A program made the translations under genes and the position numbers. The notes beneath the pieces were generated by a model that saw nothing but the letters and a program-made list of their open reading frames with translations, was not told where the DNA came from and did not search any database. A stretch of 64,000 bases of DNA from Candidatus Micrarchaeota archaeon (GTDB taxonomy: Archaea > Micrarchaeota > Micrarchaeia > Micrarchaeales > CABMGC01): positions 256,183 through 320,182 of the forward strand of contig JAGWHD010000001.1 in NCBI GenBank assembly GCA_028866995.1, read 5' to 3'. Shown one piece after another: positions 17,923-27,544 of this stretch (positions are counted from its first letter, which is position 1; every line of letters begins with the position of its first letter).

Positions 17923-18612
17923 ATGGACCATAGGGACAACCTGAACAAGGGCAACGCCTACATGAAGGACCTTGAGGCTGACGGCGAGTTCAACGACATG
18001 ATAACGGAGAACGGGAGGACGTTCAGGGTGCCTTACAGGATGGTGAAGGAGGTAATCTTCAAGAACATAAAGAAGGAAGAGATGAAGGACATGGAGCACT
18101 CAGCAAGGCTCCAGTACAGGTTGCTCCTCATGGACCCGATACTCAAGGCGAAGGTCGAATTCAACAAGCAGAGGGTCATCATCGTATACAATCCCGTCGG
18201 CGCGGACAACAGGAAGGAGAAGATAAGCGAGCGCGAGCTTATAGAGTTCCTTGCCAAGGAGGGCGTCAACGTCGACAAGAGCTCGATGGAGGAACGGGAT
18301 GTCGACTACTACAACGAGATATACAAGTACCAGTTCGAGCCGGAATCGATAAGGGAGCACCCTCCGTACGGATACACGAGGGAGCAGTGGAAGCAGATGA
18401 AGCCCTCGTGGGAGAAGATGAGGGACGAGGCTGAGGCCGCCAAGATCGAGAAGTTCCACGCGTGGCAGCAGGGCTTCGTGGAGAAGCACCCGGAGCTGCA
18501 CGCAGAGCAGGGCTTCGTGCCGCAGAAGAAGAAAAAGGCAGGCCTCATGGAGAGGATCTTCGGCAAGAAGAAGGAGGAGAAGGAGAAGGGCTTCTGGTTC
18601 CACGGCGCCTGA
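17923..18612 (+). CDS. Hypothetical protein downstream of tes
   Basis: Long ORF with host-like codon usage; GAGGTGA ribosome-binding site before ATG 17923. Confidence 0.75.
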   Translation: MDHRDNLNKGNAYMKDLEADGEFNDMITENGRTFRVPYRMVKEVIFKNIKKEEMKDMEHSARLQYRLLLMDPILKAKVEFNKQRVIIVYNPVGADNRKEKISERELIEFLAKEGVNVDKSSMEERDVDYYNEIYKYQFEPESIREHPPYGYTREQWKQMKPSWEKMRDEAEAAKIEKFHAWQQGFVEKHPELHAEQGFVPQKKKKAGLMERIFGKKKEEKEKGFWFHGA

Positions 18613-18684
18613 ATACGGCAAAGCTACCCAAGGAGAACGTTAATATACGTGGGCAGCGGCAGCATTATTTCACTGTGATGGCAT

Positions 18685-19404
18685 ATGCTGGTTGAGGCAG
18701 GAACCCTGCGCACGATAGGCAGATATCCTGTAAAGAGCATGGCTAGGGACGAGATGGGGAGGGCTGCAGTGCTCGAGCACGGCATTCACGGCGACAGGGT
18801 ATACCACTTCGCCGACCAGTCAAGGAATGAGGGCAAGGCCTCGTGGATAACGGCGAGGAGAATAAGCGGCCTTGTGCTTTACAAGCCACAGTTCATAAGC
18901 GTGCCCTATAACGTAGAGGTGACCACGCCCTCCGGACACCTGTGGAACGCCGAGAACCCAAAGCTCGCCGCAGAGATATCCAAGCTTTACGGCAAGGATG
19001 TGGAGCTGAGGTCGACGCCGGATGGCACCATGGACCAGAGCCCGATCTCGATGATAAGCATGCAGACTGTAAGGGCCCTATCCAGGGAGATGGGCGCTCT
19101 TCTTGGATCGAAGATTGACCTTGATCCCTGGAGGTTCAGGGCGAACCTATACGTAGACTGGCATGCCGAAGGCGCGTTCTTCGAGGACACGCTGGTGGGC
19201 AGGGAGATGGTAATAGGGACAGCGGCGTTCAGGATCGTCGGAAGAGACCCAAGATGCGTGATGATAGACATAGATCCGGATAATGCTGAGAAGGTAGACC
19301 TTTACAGGCTTGTCCAGAGGGAGCATGAGAGGCATGCGGGGGTGTATGCCGAGGTGCTGCGCGACGGGGTAATCGCGAGGCAGGATCCCGTGTACATCAT
19401 CTGA
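18685..19404 (+). CDS. MOSC-domain protein
   Basis: RYPVKSM, GDR, RFRANL, RCVMID, GVYAEV. Confidence 0.9.
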   Translation: MLVEAGTLRTIGRYPVKSMARDEMGRAAVLEHGIHGDRVYHFADQSRNEGKASWITARRISGLVLYKPQFISVPYNVEVTTPSGHLWNAENPKLAAEISKLYGKDVELRSTPDGTMDQSPISMISMQTVRALSREMGALLGSKIDLDPWRFRANLYVDWHAEGAFFEDTLVGREMVIGTAAFRIVGRDPRCVMIDIDPDNAEKVDLYRLVQREHERHAGVYAEVLRDGVIARQDPVYII

Positions 19405-20794
19405 CTGACTTGAGCCTCTCGACAAGCGCCTTTATGACCTCCTTCTTCGACTCCTTATTGTAAACCTTTATGCTTGCCGCGCAGTCATGCCCTCCCCCTG
19501 CTTCTATCTCGTCGGGTTTTGACGACTTGAGTTCTGATATTATCGGCAGTATGCTCATGGTGCTGCATACTTTCTTGCTTAGCCTTATGGAGATGTACGA
19601 ACCTGCGTGCACTATAACCGCGCATTCCCCGTTGCCGGATTCCATGACCTTGTCCAGCAGCCTCGTGGCGAACCTTCCGGGCAGCGGGTACTTAGAGTCG
19701 TGGTCCCTTATGTCCTCGAAATCCAGGAGATATATGGCATATCCTTCTGCCTTGTACTGCTTGAGGTACGGCAGCGCCCTGTCCAGCGCCTCCTCCAGCC
19801 TCATCTTTGCGTAGTTGTACAGTTCGTTCCTTCTCTTCCCGTCTCCCAGCACCACGTCGAGCTCCTTTGGGGTGATGTCGTTGCCCGTGTACCCGTAGAC
19901 TATCCTCGGGTCGCTCGTGAGCAGGTCCATTATCATCGAGAGCTCGTATCCCTTTGCCTTCTCGTCGGCGTACCTGCTGTAGTCGCCTATGAATGAGGCG
20001 TTCTCGGTCTCCTTGGTATCCGTCTTGGAGAAGGTCTTCGCCAGCGCAGCTGCAAGGAAGCCCGCGGTGTAGTTGGAGTCGCCTCCGTTGTCCCACGGGT
20101 TTATGTAGTGCTCGAGAGACGTGCCTGAGAACCCCTCAGGTATTGGGTGGTGATCCAGCCAGACAACGTCGGCTCTCGTGCCTATCGACTCCATCCCGCT
20201 GTTGCTGTCCTTCGACGTCCCGAAGTCTATCATCACCAGCAGCGGCTTCTCTATCGTCTCGTATCCGTTGAGCAGGAATGTGTCGTTGCCCGCGTCCTCC
20301 CTTGTGTAGGATACGCCCTTGTTCATGAGCCATATGATGTTGGGGCATATGCCTACGCCTCTGTCCTTAAGCTCCCCTATTGACTTGTAGAGGGCGTAGG
20401 CGCCCCCGAGGCCGTCGCTGTCGTTGTGGAAACGGACTATCACGGGAAGGCCCAGCAACAGCTTGCGGACCAGCAGCGATGCCGCGCTTGCCAGCCTCGG
20501 CCATATCCTCTCGGTTATCGAATCGACATCCCGTATGCCGCTGGCATAGGGCTCAATTCCGCATACGCCGGCTGAAGCCTTTGATGCTGCGTCGAGAACC
20601 GATGACACGTATCCTTTGTCCTGCTCTATCAGCGCCGTGCTTATCCTGCCCTCTTCTTCCGTCTCAACAGTCTCTCCGGTATGCAGGGTTATGTCGCTCT
20701 GGCGGGCATCGGTCGAGACACCGTTTCCGTCAATCGAGGCCACGAAGTATTCGGTTGTCGAGCCGTGCCTTATGCATGATACTACCCCGCGCAA
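19397..20794 (-). CDS. Archaeal RecJ-like DHH phosphoesterase
   Basis: RFHNDSDG, IDFGT, LDHH, GGGH motifs. Confidence 0.85.
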   Translation of the reverse strand: MRGVVSCIRHGSTTEYFVASIDGNGVSTDARQSDITLHTGETVETEEEGRISTALIEQDKGYVSSVLDAASKASAGVCGIEPYASGIRDVDSITERIWPRLASAASLLVRKLLLGLPVIVRFHNDSDGLGGAYALYKSIGELKDRGVGICPNIIWLMNKGVSYTREDAGNDTFLLNGYETIEKPLLVMIDFGTSKDSNSGMESIGTRADVVWLDHHPIPEGFSGTSLEHYINPWDNGGDSNYTAGFLAAALAKTFSKTDTKETENASFIGDYSRYADEKAKGYELSMIMDLLTSDPRIVYGYTGNDITPKELDVVLGDGKRRNELYNYAKMRLEEALDRALPYLKQYKAEGYAIYLLDFEDIRDHDSKYPLPGRFATRLLDKVMESGNGECAVIVHAGSYISIRLSKKVCSTMSILPIISELKSSKPDEIEAGGGHDCAASIKVYNKESKKEVIKALVERLKSVR

Positions 20795-20798
20795 TGCA

Positions 20799-21881
20799 TC
20801 ACGTCACTGTCGTGTTCCTGTACTGCAGGCTCGTGTAGCAGGCGCTGCTGACTGTCCCGTTCTTTATGTATGAGCAGTAGACCGAGTCGTTGAGCTCCTG
20901 CGCCAGGGAGGAGTAGCAGCTGTACGAGTAGTTCGTCGGGAGCGTCGCGCATATGGTGGCGTTGCCGGTGCTTATCGCCTTGAGGGACATGTACGTGCTG
21001 TTGCACGACTGGTAGTCCCCGGTGGAGTTGTAGCAAGAGTATATCAGCTGGGTATAGTTTATCGTGCCGTATGCCTGGGAGCTGGAGCGCAGAGTGTCGT
21101 TGACCAGCGAAGCGCATATCCCTACGGCGGTGCCGTTGCCCGCTCCAGAGCAGTAAGAGAGGTTCTTGGACTGGTAGGCCACCGACGCTATGCAGAAGTC
21201 CCTGGCCCCTATCGTGACATTTCCGAACTCGTAGTAGTTGAGTATCGGCGCAAGGGTGAGATTAGCGCCGTGCGAAGCCGCTGCATCTGATACTATCCTG
21301 TTGGTTACTGAGTAGTTGGACCGCTGCATGACGCTGGAGCAGTATGAGACGTTGCCGGACTTGACTGCGAGCGACAGGTATATCGATGAGCTGCACTCGC
21401 TCCTGCCCAGCGGGTCGGATATCCCGTCGCATATGGCGCTTGAGTTGGAGGCGGCCGACATGGTCATCAGGCAGCTGTCCTTGACAGCCTGTGGGGCGTA
21501 GGAGCATAGCGTGTAATTTCCGGTAGCTATCGCAAGCGACTCGAAGCAGCTGCCCGACGCGTTGCTGTCGGAGATCTTGCCGCAGAGAGTTGCGTCGCTC
21601 AGGTTCTGCGCCATGGCGCCGTAGCATTGGTCGGCCGTGGCGCTCGGCAGGCTGGAGCACAATGTGCTGTTGCCTGTCGCGAACGCGAGAGTCTCGATGC
21701 AGCTGTACCTGTTTCCGATGAGAGGGCTTGACATGCACCTGTCAGCGGCAGAGCCTCCAGGCGAGAGAAGGAAGGAGAGCGCTGCCAGTGCCAGGATTAT
21801 TATGACCACGGCGCCGTAAAGCCTGAGCTTCTCGTCATGGCCCATAGAATCCAGAAATGACTTGACGCCGTTCTCCTCCAT
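20799..21881 (-). CDS. Membrane-anchored Cys-repeat surface glycoprotein
   Basis: N-terminal TM anchor; repeated units like CxxxLAxxxxNxxLCxxIxxxxxxxxC; many N-x-S/T sequons. Confidence 0.75.
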   Translation of the reverse strand: MEENGVKSFLDSMGHDEKLRLYGAVVIIILALAALSFLLSPGGSAADRCMSSPLIGNRYSCIETLAFATGNSTLCSSLPSATADQCYGAMAQNLSDATLCGKISDSNASGSCFESLAIATGNYTLCSYAPQAVKDSCLMTMSAASNSSAICDGISDPLGRSECSSSIYLSLAVKSGNVSYCSSVMQRSNYSVTNRIVSDAAASHGANLTLAPILNYYEFGNVTIGARDFCIASVAYQSKNLSYCSGAGNGTAVGICASLVNDTLRSSSQAYGTINYTQLIYSCYNSTGDYQSCNSTYMSLKAISTGNATICATLPTNYSYSCYSSLAQELNDSVYCSYIKNGTVSSACYTSLQYRNTTVT

Positions 21882-21924
21882 TCAATTCCGATATGCCTAC
21901 GCTTTCCAGGCTTATATAAGTTGG

Positions 21925-22659
21925 CTACATCAGCGTGGAGACGTCGTCGGTAGTGAATATCTTGAAGCCCTCCGGGGTTATTTCGTACGGAGCGGTCACG
22001 AAGCTGTGCTTGTTGCCCCTCATCTTTATGACCTCTATGCCAGGTATCCTCCTCTGCTCCTGGACCATCTGGTACATGACTATTATCCCGTCGAAGATGA
22101 AGTATGTGCTCCTGAACCTGAGCCCCGTCCTCTCAGGGTCCGGCAGCTCCGATGTGAGCATCGATGTCACCCCGAGCCTCCTGAAGTTCGTAGCCATAGA
22201 GATCATGGACCTCCTGAACGACAGCTGGTCCTTGACGAGCATCTCAAGTATGCTCGACGAGTCTATGACTATCCTTGTGGCCTTCTCGGATGTCACCAGC
22301 GACTCTATGTCGGACACGAGCTTCCCGAACTCGTAGTTGCTGTTCTCCGAGCTGCCGAAGAGCGATGTCTGCGGGTCCTCTCCCTCGACTATCAGATTCC
22401 TCGATTCCATCAGCTGGTCCATGTCTGTGAATGAAGAGAAAGCCTCCTTCGCGTTCTTGACGACCCTCTCAGGGCTCTCGTCAAGCGAGAAGAAGATGGA
22501 CTTGTTGCCCATCTTGGCGTTCTTGTACAGGAACTCGAACGCAAGCAGGGTCTTTCCGGCTCCCGGACCTCCCGCGAGTATGACCTGGTTCTTCTGCGGT
22601 ATGCCGCCGAACAGCATCGAGTCTAGTCCGTTTATGCCAGTCTGGATTACATCCGCCAC
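21925..22659 (-). CDS. KaiC/RAD55-like ATPase
   Basis: IQTGINGLDSMLFGGIP, GGPGAGKT, RIVIDS, VIKMRG; GTG start at 22659. Confidence 0.92.
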   Translation of the reverse strand: MADVIQTGINGLDSMLFGGIPQKNQVILAGGPGAGKTLLAFEFLYKNAKMGNKSIFFSLDESPERVVKNAKEAFSSFTDMDQLMESRNLIVEGEDPQTSLFGSSENSNYEFGKLVSDIESLVTSEKATRIVIDSSSILEMLVKDQLSFRRSMISMATNFRRLGVTSMLTSELPDPERTGLRFRSTYFIFDGIIVMYQMVQEQRRIPGIEVIKMRGNKHSFVTAPYEITPEGFKIFTTDDVSTLM

Positions 22660-22719
22660 CGAACCACTTTTATTATTTTTTGCTGCATGGTTATTTATAG
22701 CTGATGCTGAGATGCTACC

Positions 22720-23484
22720 ATGGACAGGAGACTGTTGCTCGTAGGCGTTGTTGTATTCGTATTCGGTTCTGCCATATCGTGGGTCGGGACCAGCCAGAGC
22801 ATAGACCAGATATCCGGGGCGAGCGCAGGATACCAGGAAGCGGCGCTCGCTGCGGGCTCTGATGCCTATGTCCCTTTCTCGTCGAACGGTAGCACCACGC
22901 TTGTAAGCGCGTACGAGACCGTGCCCAACGCGTCGATAGACTTCTACATAATGAACAGCTCGGCGTTCGCGTCGGTCAGCGGCACGGTGAATTCCGACGG
23001 CAGGCTGGAGCAGCAGGCCCGATCGCTGGTCGGCGGAGGGCTTGTCGCCATGATACTGGGGAGCAGCGCGGGCCAATATCCTTACACGTCGGTATACGGC
23101 AGTTTCATACCTGTGCCAGACTATTCAGCCAACTATTCGAGGCTGCCTGAAGGCACCTACTACCTCGTTTTTGAGAACCCGACGCAGACCAACACTACAG
23201 TATTCTATTCCATTGTCATGAGCAACGCCTTCTCATCCATACAGGGGCAGCTCACAGGCAGCTCCAGCGCCACTGGAGTGGTCGGCGTGCTCGTGGCAGT
23301 TGCAGGGCTAGCTGTCTGCGTTTACTCGTTATTCAGGAAGAGCGCCAGGAAGGAATCAGCTGGGCCCGCCCAGGAGGAGGTTGACAGGCTTTACGCAGGT
23401 GTTGAGAGAAGGGGCATCAAGGAGAAGAGGAAGGCACGAAAGGGAACTGCTAAGAGGAAGCGGAGGAGGGGACAAGGTCGTTGA
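22720..23484 (+). CDS. Hypothetical membrane protein with extracellular beta domain
   Basis: N- and C-terminal TM helices, GTYYLVFEN motif, basic tail. Confidence 0.7.
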   Translation: MDRRLLLVGVVVFVFGSAISWVGTSQSIDQISGASAGYQEAALAAGSDAYVPFSSNGSTTLVSAYETVPNASIDFYIMNSSAFASVSGTVNSDGRLEQQARSLVGGGLVAMILGSSAGQYPYTSVYGSFIPVPDYSANYSRLPEGTYYLVFENPTQTNTTVFYSIVMSNAFSSIQGQLTGSSSATGVVGVLVAVAGLAVCVYSLFRKSARKESAGPAQEEVDRLYAGVERRGIKEKRKARKGTAKRKRRRGQGR

Positions 23485-23541
23485 TTAACTTGCCCCGTTC
23501 CGTTGATTAGCTTAATAAACGTTCTTTGCAACTATCCTTGC

Positions 23542-24231
23542 ATGGACAGCCTGCAGGAGAGGATAGCGGGAGAGATAACGCTCTCCGAAAGCCCTGGAAG
23601 CACGATGAAGAAGTGGAGGGAGCTGTTCGGTGTATCGCAGGTTGAGCTCGCCAAGGCGCTCAAGATATCCACATCTACGATAAGCGACTACGAAGGGAAC
23701 AGGAGGGCGAGCCCTGGTGCAGGCATAATCAAGAGGTTCGTGCACACGCTCTTCACCATAGACAGCAGCAAGGGAGGAGAGGTAACAAGGAACCTCGAGA
23801 AGTATAATCTTCCGGTAGAGAAGGAGCCGTTCTACTCGGTGCACGACTTCTCGTCGCCGATAACCGGGACCGATTTCGCAAGGATAATAGACGCGAAGAT
23901 AGTCGCGAACCCTTCATATCTGGACACGATCAAGCTGTTCGGCTACACACTCCTTGATAGCCTCAGGGTCATCCTGGAGGTATCGCCCAGCGACTATCCG
24001 AGGCTGTTCGGCACCACTAACGAGAGGGCCTTCGTCTTCGACCAGGTAAGCACAGGAAGGAGCCCCATGGTCGTGATAAGGGTTGCGCCGATAAAACCGA
24101 GGGTCGTTGTGATCCAGAACGTGGACAATGTTGACAAGCTCGCGATAAAGATCTCGCAGATAGAGAAGATACCGCTGCTGACGACCAAGCTCAACGCGGA
24201 GCAGCTCAGGGCAAGACTGAACAACATCTGA
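23542..24231 (+). CDS. Conserved archaeal XRE-type HTH transcriptional regulator (COG1709-like)
   Basis: IAGEITLS..PG..MKKWRE, ISDYEG.RR.SPG, VSTGRSPMV. Confidence 0.88.
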   Translation: MDSLQERIAGEITLSESPGSTMKKWRELFGVSQVELAKALKISTSTISDYEGNRRASPGAGIIKRFVHTLFTIDSSKGGEVTRNLEKYNLPVEKEPFYSVHDFSSPITGTDFARIIDAKIVANPSYLDTIKLFGYTLLDSLRVILEVSPSDYPRLFGTTNERAFVFDQVSTGRSPMVVIRVAPIKPRVVVIQNVDNVDKLAIKISQIEKIPLLTTKLNAEQLRARLNNI

Positions 24232-24336
24232 TAACTGTTCCTTCCAAGGCATGTCTGCTGGTCTCTCACACGGGTACTGTTGTCCTTTCGTTGTTTTTCC
24301 AGAACAAATAGGTGTTCGTAGGCTCTGGCGCATGTC

Positions 24337-25287
24337 CTAGACTAGGTAAGTCACAGCTATGGCTACGAAGTACAGGACAACGAGGGAGATGCCGTTGAGC
24401 AGCGTCACCCTACCATTGCTCATCGCCCACAGGGCGAGCATGTTTATCACTATGACCGCTATGAATGCGGACATGGAACCGTGCAGCGAGACAGGCGAAG
24501 ATGCCAGTATGCCTATGATTCCAAGCAGCACGGTGTTGTTCTGCAGCTTTCCGCCTATGAACGAGACTATTGCAGTGGATCCGCCGCCGTGCGTCTTCGT
24601 CGCTATCTTGTACGCGCCGAGGTTCTCCTCCAGCTCAGCTGCGAGCGGCGATATCACGAGCGCCAGCCATATCGCCGGGACGCTGATCGCGTTTGACAGC
24701 CCTGTCAGCAGGTGCACGAACGTCTCCGAGAGCAGAAGGACTATGATGGTGCCGATCGCGAGCATGACCATGCCCTCCGCCATTATCTTCCTTGCGGCGC
24801 TGTTCCTTGTCCTGGCATATATCTGCTTCCTGGACTTCGCGTACCTGTATCCGAGGTATACTGCATATATCAGTATCAGCAGGACTCCAGAGAGCTTGCC
24901 GAGGTTCCCGTAGATCAGCAGCACGACCATCGCCAAGGTCGCTACGAGCAGGAATATCGACTCGACGTGGTAGTCCTCCTTCATCACTATGGGCTGTTTC
25001 CATTTCATGGCGTAGACTATGCCGACTATCCCTATGCCCAGGGTGAACAGTATTACGTTGCCTCCCAGCGCGGAGCCAAGGGCCACGCCGTCGGAGCCAT
25101 GCAGCATCGCGATTATGACGAACATCGTTTCGGGGAGGGCGCCCATTAGCCCCAGTATCACGCCGCCGGCCATTCCCTGGCCCAGGAGCGGCTCAAGCTT
25201 GCCCGTAGCCCTGGCCACCAGCTCTGCAGCTATGCCGAAGCCGGCTATCACTATTACTATCTGAATTATCAGGGATTCGAGGGGCAT
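24337..25287 (-). CDS. Ca2+/cation antiporter (CaCA family)
   Basis: ALPE and GSALGGN alpha-1 repeat, PLAAELEE alpha-2 repeat, about 10 TM segments. Confidence 0.85.
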   Translation of the reverse strand: MPLESLIIQIVIVIAGFGIAAELVARATGKLEPLLGQGMAGGVILGLMGALPETMFVIIAMLHGSDGVALGSALGGNVILFTLGIGIVGIVYAMKWKQPIVMKEDYHVESIFLLVATLAMVVLLIYGNLGKLSGVLLILIYAVYLGYRYAKSRKQIYARTRNSAARKIMAEGMVMLAIGTIIVLLLSETFVHLLTGLSNAISVPAIWLALVISPLAAELEENLGAYKIATKTHGGGSTAIVSFIGGKLQNNTVLLGIIGILASSPVSLHGSMSAFIAVIVINMLALWAMSNGRVTLLNGISLVVLYFVAIAVTYLV

Positions 25288-25365
25288 GCTGATCTGCTCT
25301 ATATCCAGCTTCTGTTGTAAAGCTTATAAGGCAGTTCCCGACCGTCCGCAGGGAGGTGCCTGCCC

Positions 25366-25527
25366 TCAGGCGACCTCGAGGTACAGCCAGATGGCGTCTG
25401 CCACGAATATGATTATGCCGAGGAGCAGCCATGTGATGTCGAAGTAGCTGGTGTAGGTCCAGTAGAGGTCAGCAACAGCTATCACTATGCCCATCAGGAT
25501 CGCTATGTTGTGCCTCATGTTTGCCAT
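25366..25527 (-). CDS. Small 53-aa two-TM membrane protein (not in ORF track)
   Basis: MANMRHNIAILMGIVIAVADLYWTYTSYFDITWLLLGIIIFVADAIWLYLEVA with host-like codon usage. Confidence 0.7.
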   Translation of the reverse strand: MANMRHNIAILMGIVIAVADLYWTYTSYFDITWLLLGIIIFVADAIWLYLEVA

Positions 25528-25552
25528 TCAATCACATCGATGCCCTTTGGGC

Positions 25553-26095
25553 TCATACCTTCGCGGCGACGAATCCGCCTACGCCGTTGCCTGCAGCCTC
25601 GTCAGCCCTCTTGTCTCCGGCATACCTGTACAGCGGCAGGCCTTTGTACGTAGTCTGCATCGACCCGTCAGCCCTTGTTATGGTGCCGAACTTGGATATG
25701 TCAAGGCCTTGCTCCAGGGTGAGGTTCGCGGTATAGAATACAGGCCACGCAGTTATGCATCCTCCTGTGCATTCGCTCATGCCGCTGTTCTGCGTATCTG
25801 AGTTGTAGGTGTAGAGCGCGAATCCGGATGCGTTGGTAAGGTACATCCCTATAGACGAGTCGTTCACGAACCCCACGCTGTAATTTCCGTAGTAGCCAGT
25901 GCTGTTCGTCTGGTTCATCACAGCATGTGTCGTGTTTGTCCCGTTCATGCCTGCGTTGGCCGCAGTTGTCGTCGCTGGGGCCGTTGTCGGTGCGGTGCTG
26001 GGTGCGCTGCTTCCCATTGAGCTCTCTATGACGTATACTGCTGCTATCACTACTATAACTGCAACTGCTATCCCTACCAATGCGGACTGATTCAT
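25553..26095 (-). CDS. Secreted Y-x4-D repeat protein (Lipoprotein_15-like)
   Basis: GFALYTYNSD, CTGGCITAWP, QTTYKGLPLYRYAGD. Confidence 0.85.
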   Translation of the reverse strand: MNQSALVGIAVAVIVVIAAVYVIESSMGSSAPSTAPTTAPATTTAANAGMNGTNTTHAVMNQTNSTGYYGNYSVGFVNDSSIGMYLTNASGFALYTYNSDTQNSGMSECTGGCITAWPVFYTANLTLEQGLDISKFGTITRADGSMQTTYKGLPLYRYAGDKRADEAAGNGVGGFVAAKV

Positions 26096-26142
26096 ATAAT
26101 CCCGTTATTAACTTTCCTGAAAGCTTTAAATAGACTAGTGGC

Positions 26143-26586
26143 TCATCGCAGTTCGTCCAGGAACTCCTTCGGCAGCATGAATGAAAGGTGCTGCCTTGCT
26201 TCTTCTATCGGCACCCACTTGTACTCTGAGTGCTCCTTGCTGAGCCTTATCTCGGCTCCGCCATCCGTGCTGCACCTGTATATCAGGAAAAGCAGGTTGT
26301 CCTTGCCGTCGTTTATCCTGAAGTTGGCCGTGACAGCAGCATAGAGCTGGCCTACCTTTATCCCCTTTATGCCCGTCTCCTCCTCGACCTCTCGTACGAG
26401 CGTCTCCTTGACTCCTGGATCCTGCATCTTGCCTCCGGGCAGGTCCCAATACGGGGCGAAGTTCTGTCCTGGCTTGTGCGGCACTGCCTTAAGCAGAAGG
26501 ACCTTGCCTTCAGGGTTCTCTATGAGCGCCTTGACGCCTATGTAGAATTGAATGTCATCATTGCCCATCCTATCAACTTGCATCAT
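26143..26586 (-). CDS. Nudix hydrolase (start 26586 or 26568)
   Basis: WDLPGGK...LVREVEEETG, LSKEHSEYKW. Confidence 0.9.
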   Translation of the reverse strand: MMQVDRMGNDDIQFYIGVKALIENPEGKVLLLKAVPHKPGQNFAPYWDLPGGKMQDPGVKETLVREVEEETGIKGIKVGQLYAAVTANFRINDGKDNLLFLIYRCSTDGGAEIRLSKEHSEYKWVPIEEARQHLSFMLPKEFLDELR

Positions 26587-27290
26587 TAGTCTATTACTGG
26601 CCTTTTTGTCCACGTTCCGGTGCCCTCGGTGTCGACGTAAGAGGATCCCTCTCCTTTGGAGATGGACAGATATGCGTCCCTTATGCCCTCCCTGGCTTTC
26701 AGCTTTGCGGATACGCTTTCGAGTGCTCTGAAGCCCCGCACGCTGGTGCGCCTCGCGAACGGCATTATGTACCTCTCGCTCTCGATTATGTACTGGGCGC
26801 ATTTGTCGTAGGACCATCTCGTCCCGTACAGCATGGTCCTCAGGTTGTCTATCCTGTCTGCGACCTTTATCAGCCTGCTGCCCATGCCTGCCTTATTGAA
26901 ATGAGACATGTAGGAGCTTCTGCTGCTGAAAAGGTTCTGCGATTCGGAAGCGACAAGGGATGCGACCGCCTTACCGAATCTCTTCTCCAGGAAACCTTTC
27001 TTGACTCCGCAGTCCTCTATCGTGTCGTGCAGTGCGGCCGCTGCAAGCACCTTGGGGTCCCTGACCTTGAGCTCATCGATGAGGATCCTCAGCACCCCGT
27101 ATATGTGTATTATGTAAGGGGTGCGCTTGAGGTATATGCGGAGCTGGCCGTCGTGCCACTTCTCCGCTGACTTTAGCGCCGCAAGCACCTGGTCCCTGCG
27201 GTCCTTGGGCAGCTTTGATACTGAGGAATAGCATCTCCTTCTCTGGAAGGCAAGATTGTCGTAGTTCCGCACCGCAGCACCAGCCGTCAT
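26586..27290 (-). CDS. Mesh1/SpoT-type HD hydrolase (small alarmone hydrolase-like)
   Basis: HDGQLR, PYIIH, AAALHDTIED, IKVADRIDNLR. Confidence 0.88.
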   Translation of the reverse strand: MTAGAAVRNYDNLAFQRRRCYSSVSKLPKDRRDQVLAALKSAEKWHDGQLRIYLKRTPYIIHIYGVLRILIDELKVRDPKVLAAAALHDTIEDCGVKKGFLEKRFGKAVASLVASESQNLFSSRSSYMSHFNKAGMGSRLIKVADRIDNLRTMLYGTRWSYDKCAQYIIESERYIMPFARRTSVRGFRALESVSAKLKAREGIRDAYLSISKGEGSSYVDTEGTGTWTKRPVID

Positions 27291-27535
27291 ATCTGCTTCA
27301 GCTTCCTTGCTGACCTGTCCAGCTCCTTCCTGGCCCTGTCCATGTGCGCCATGACTATCTCAAGGCTCTCGACAAGGTCCGGCTTTGAGGGGCCGCTCAC
27401 CTTGTTCATTATCCTTTTGTTTATCCTGACGATCTCGTTCCTCGCCTCGAGCAGCTGCCTTGACATGCCGTTGAGCATGCTGTAGTCCTTGAGCAGCGCG
27501 TTCCTCCTGATGTTTGCCTTTGCCATGCCGATCAT
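27287..27535 (-). CDS. Small coiled-coil hypothetical protein
   Basis: Stop overlaps the start of the HD hydrolase (ATGA). Confidence 0.6.
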   Translation of the reverse strand: MIGMAKANIRRNALLKDYSMLNGMSRQLLEARNEIVRINKRIMNKVSGPSKPDLVESLEIVMAHMDRARKELDRSARKLKQI

Positions 27536-27544
27536 CCCATCCTG

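Noticed and set aside
21925-23076. Track's N-terminally extended ORFs (KaiC to 23076; likewise fibrillarin from 44947, kinase to 45287, Nudix to 26817, sodX from 4226)
   Set aside because: The extensions overlap real neighbouring genes and homology begins at downstream starts.
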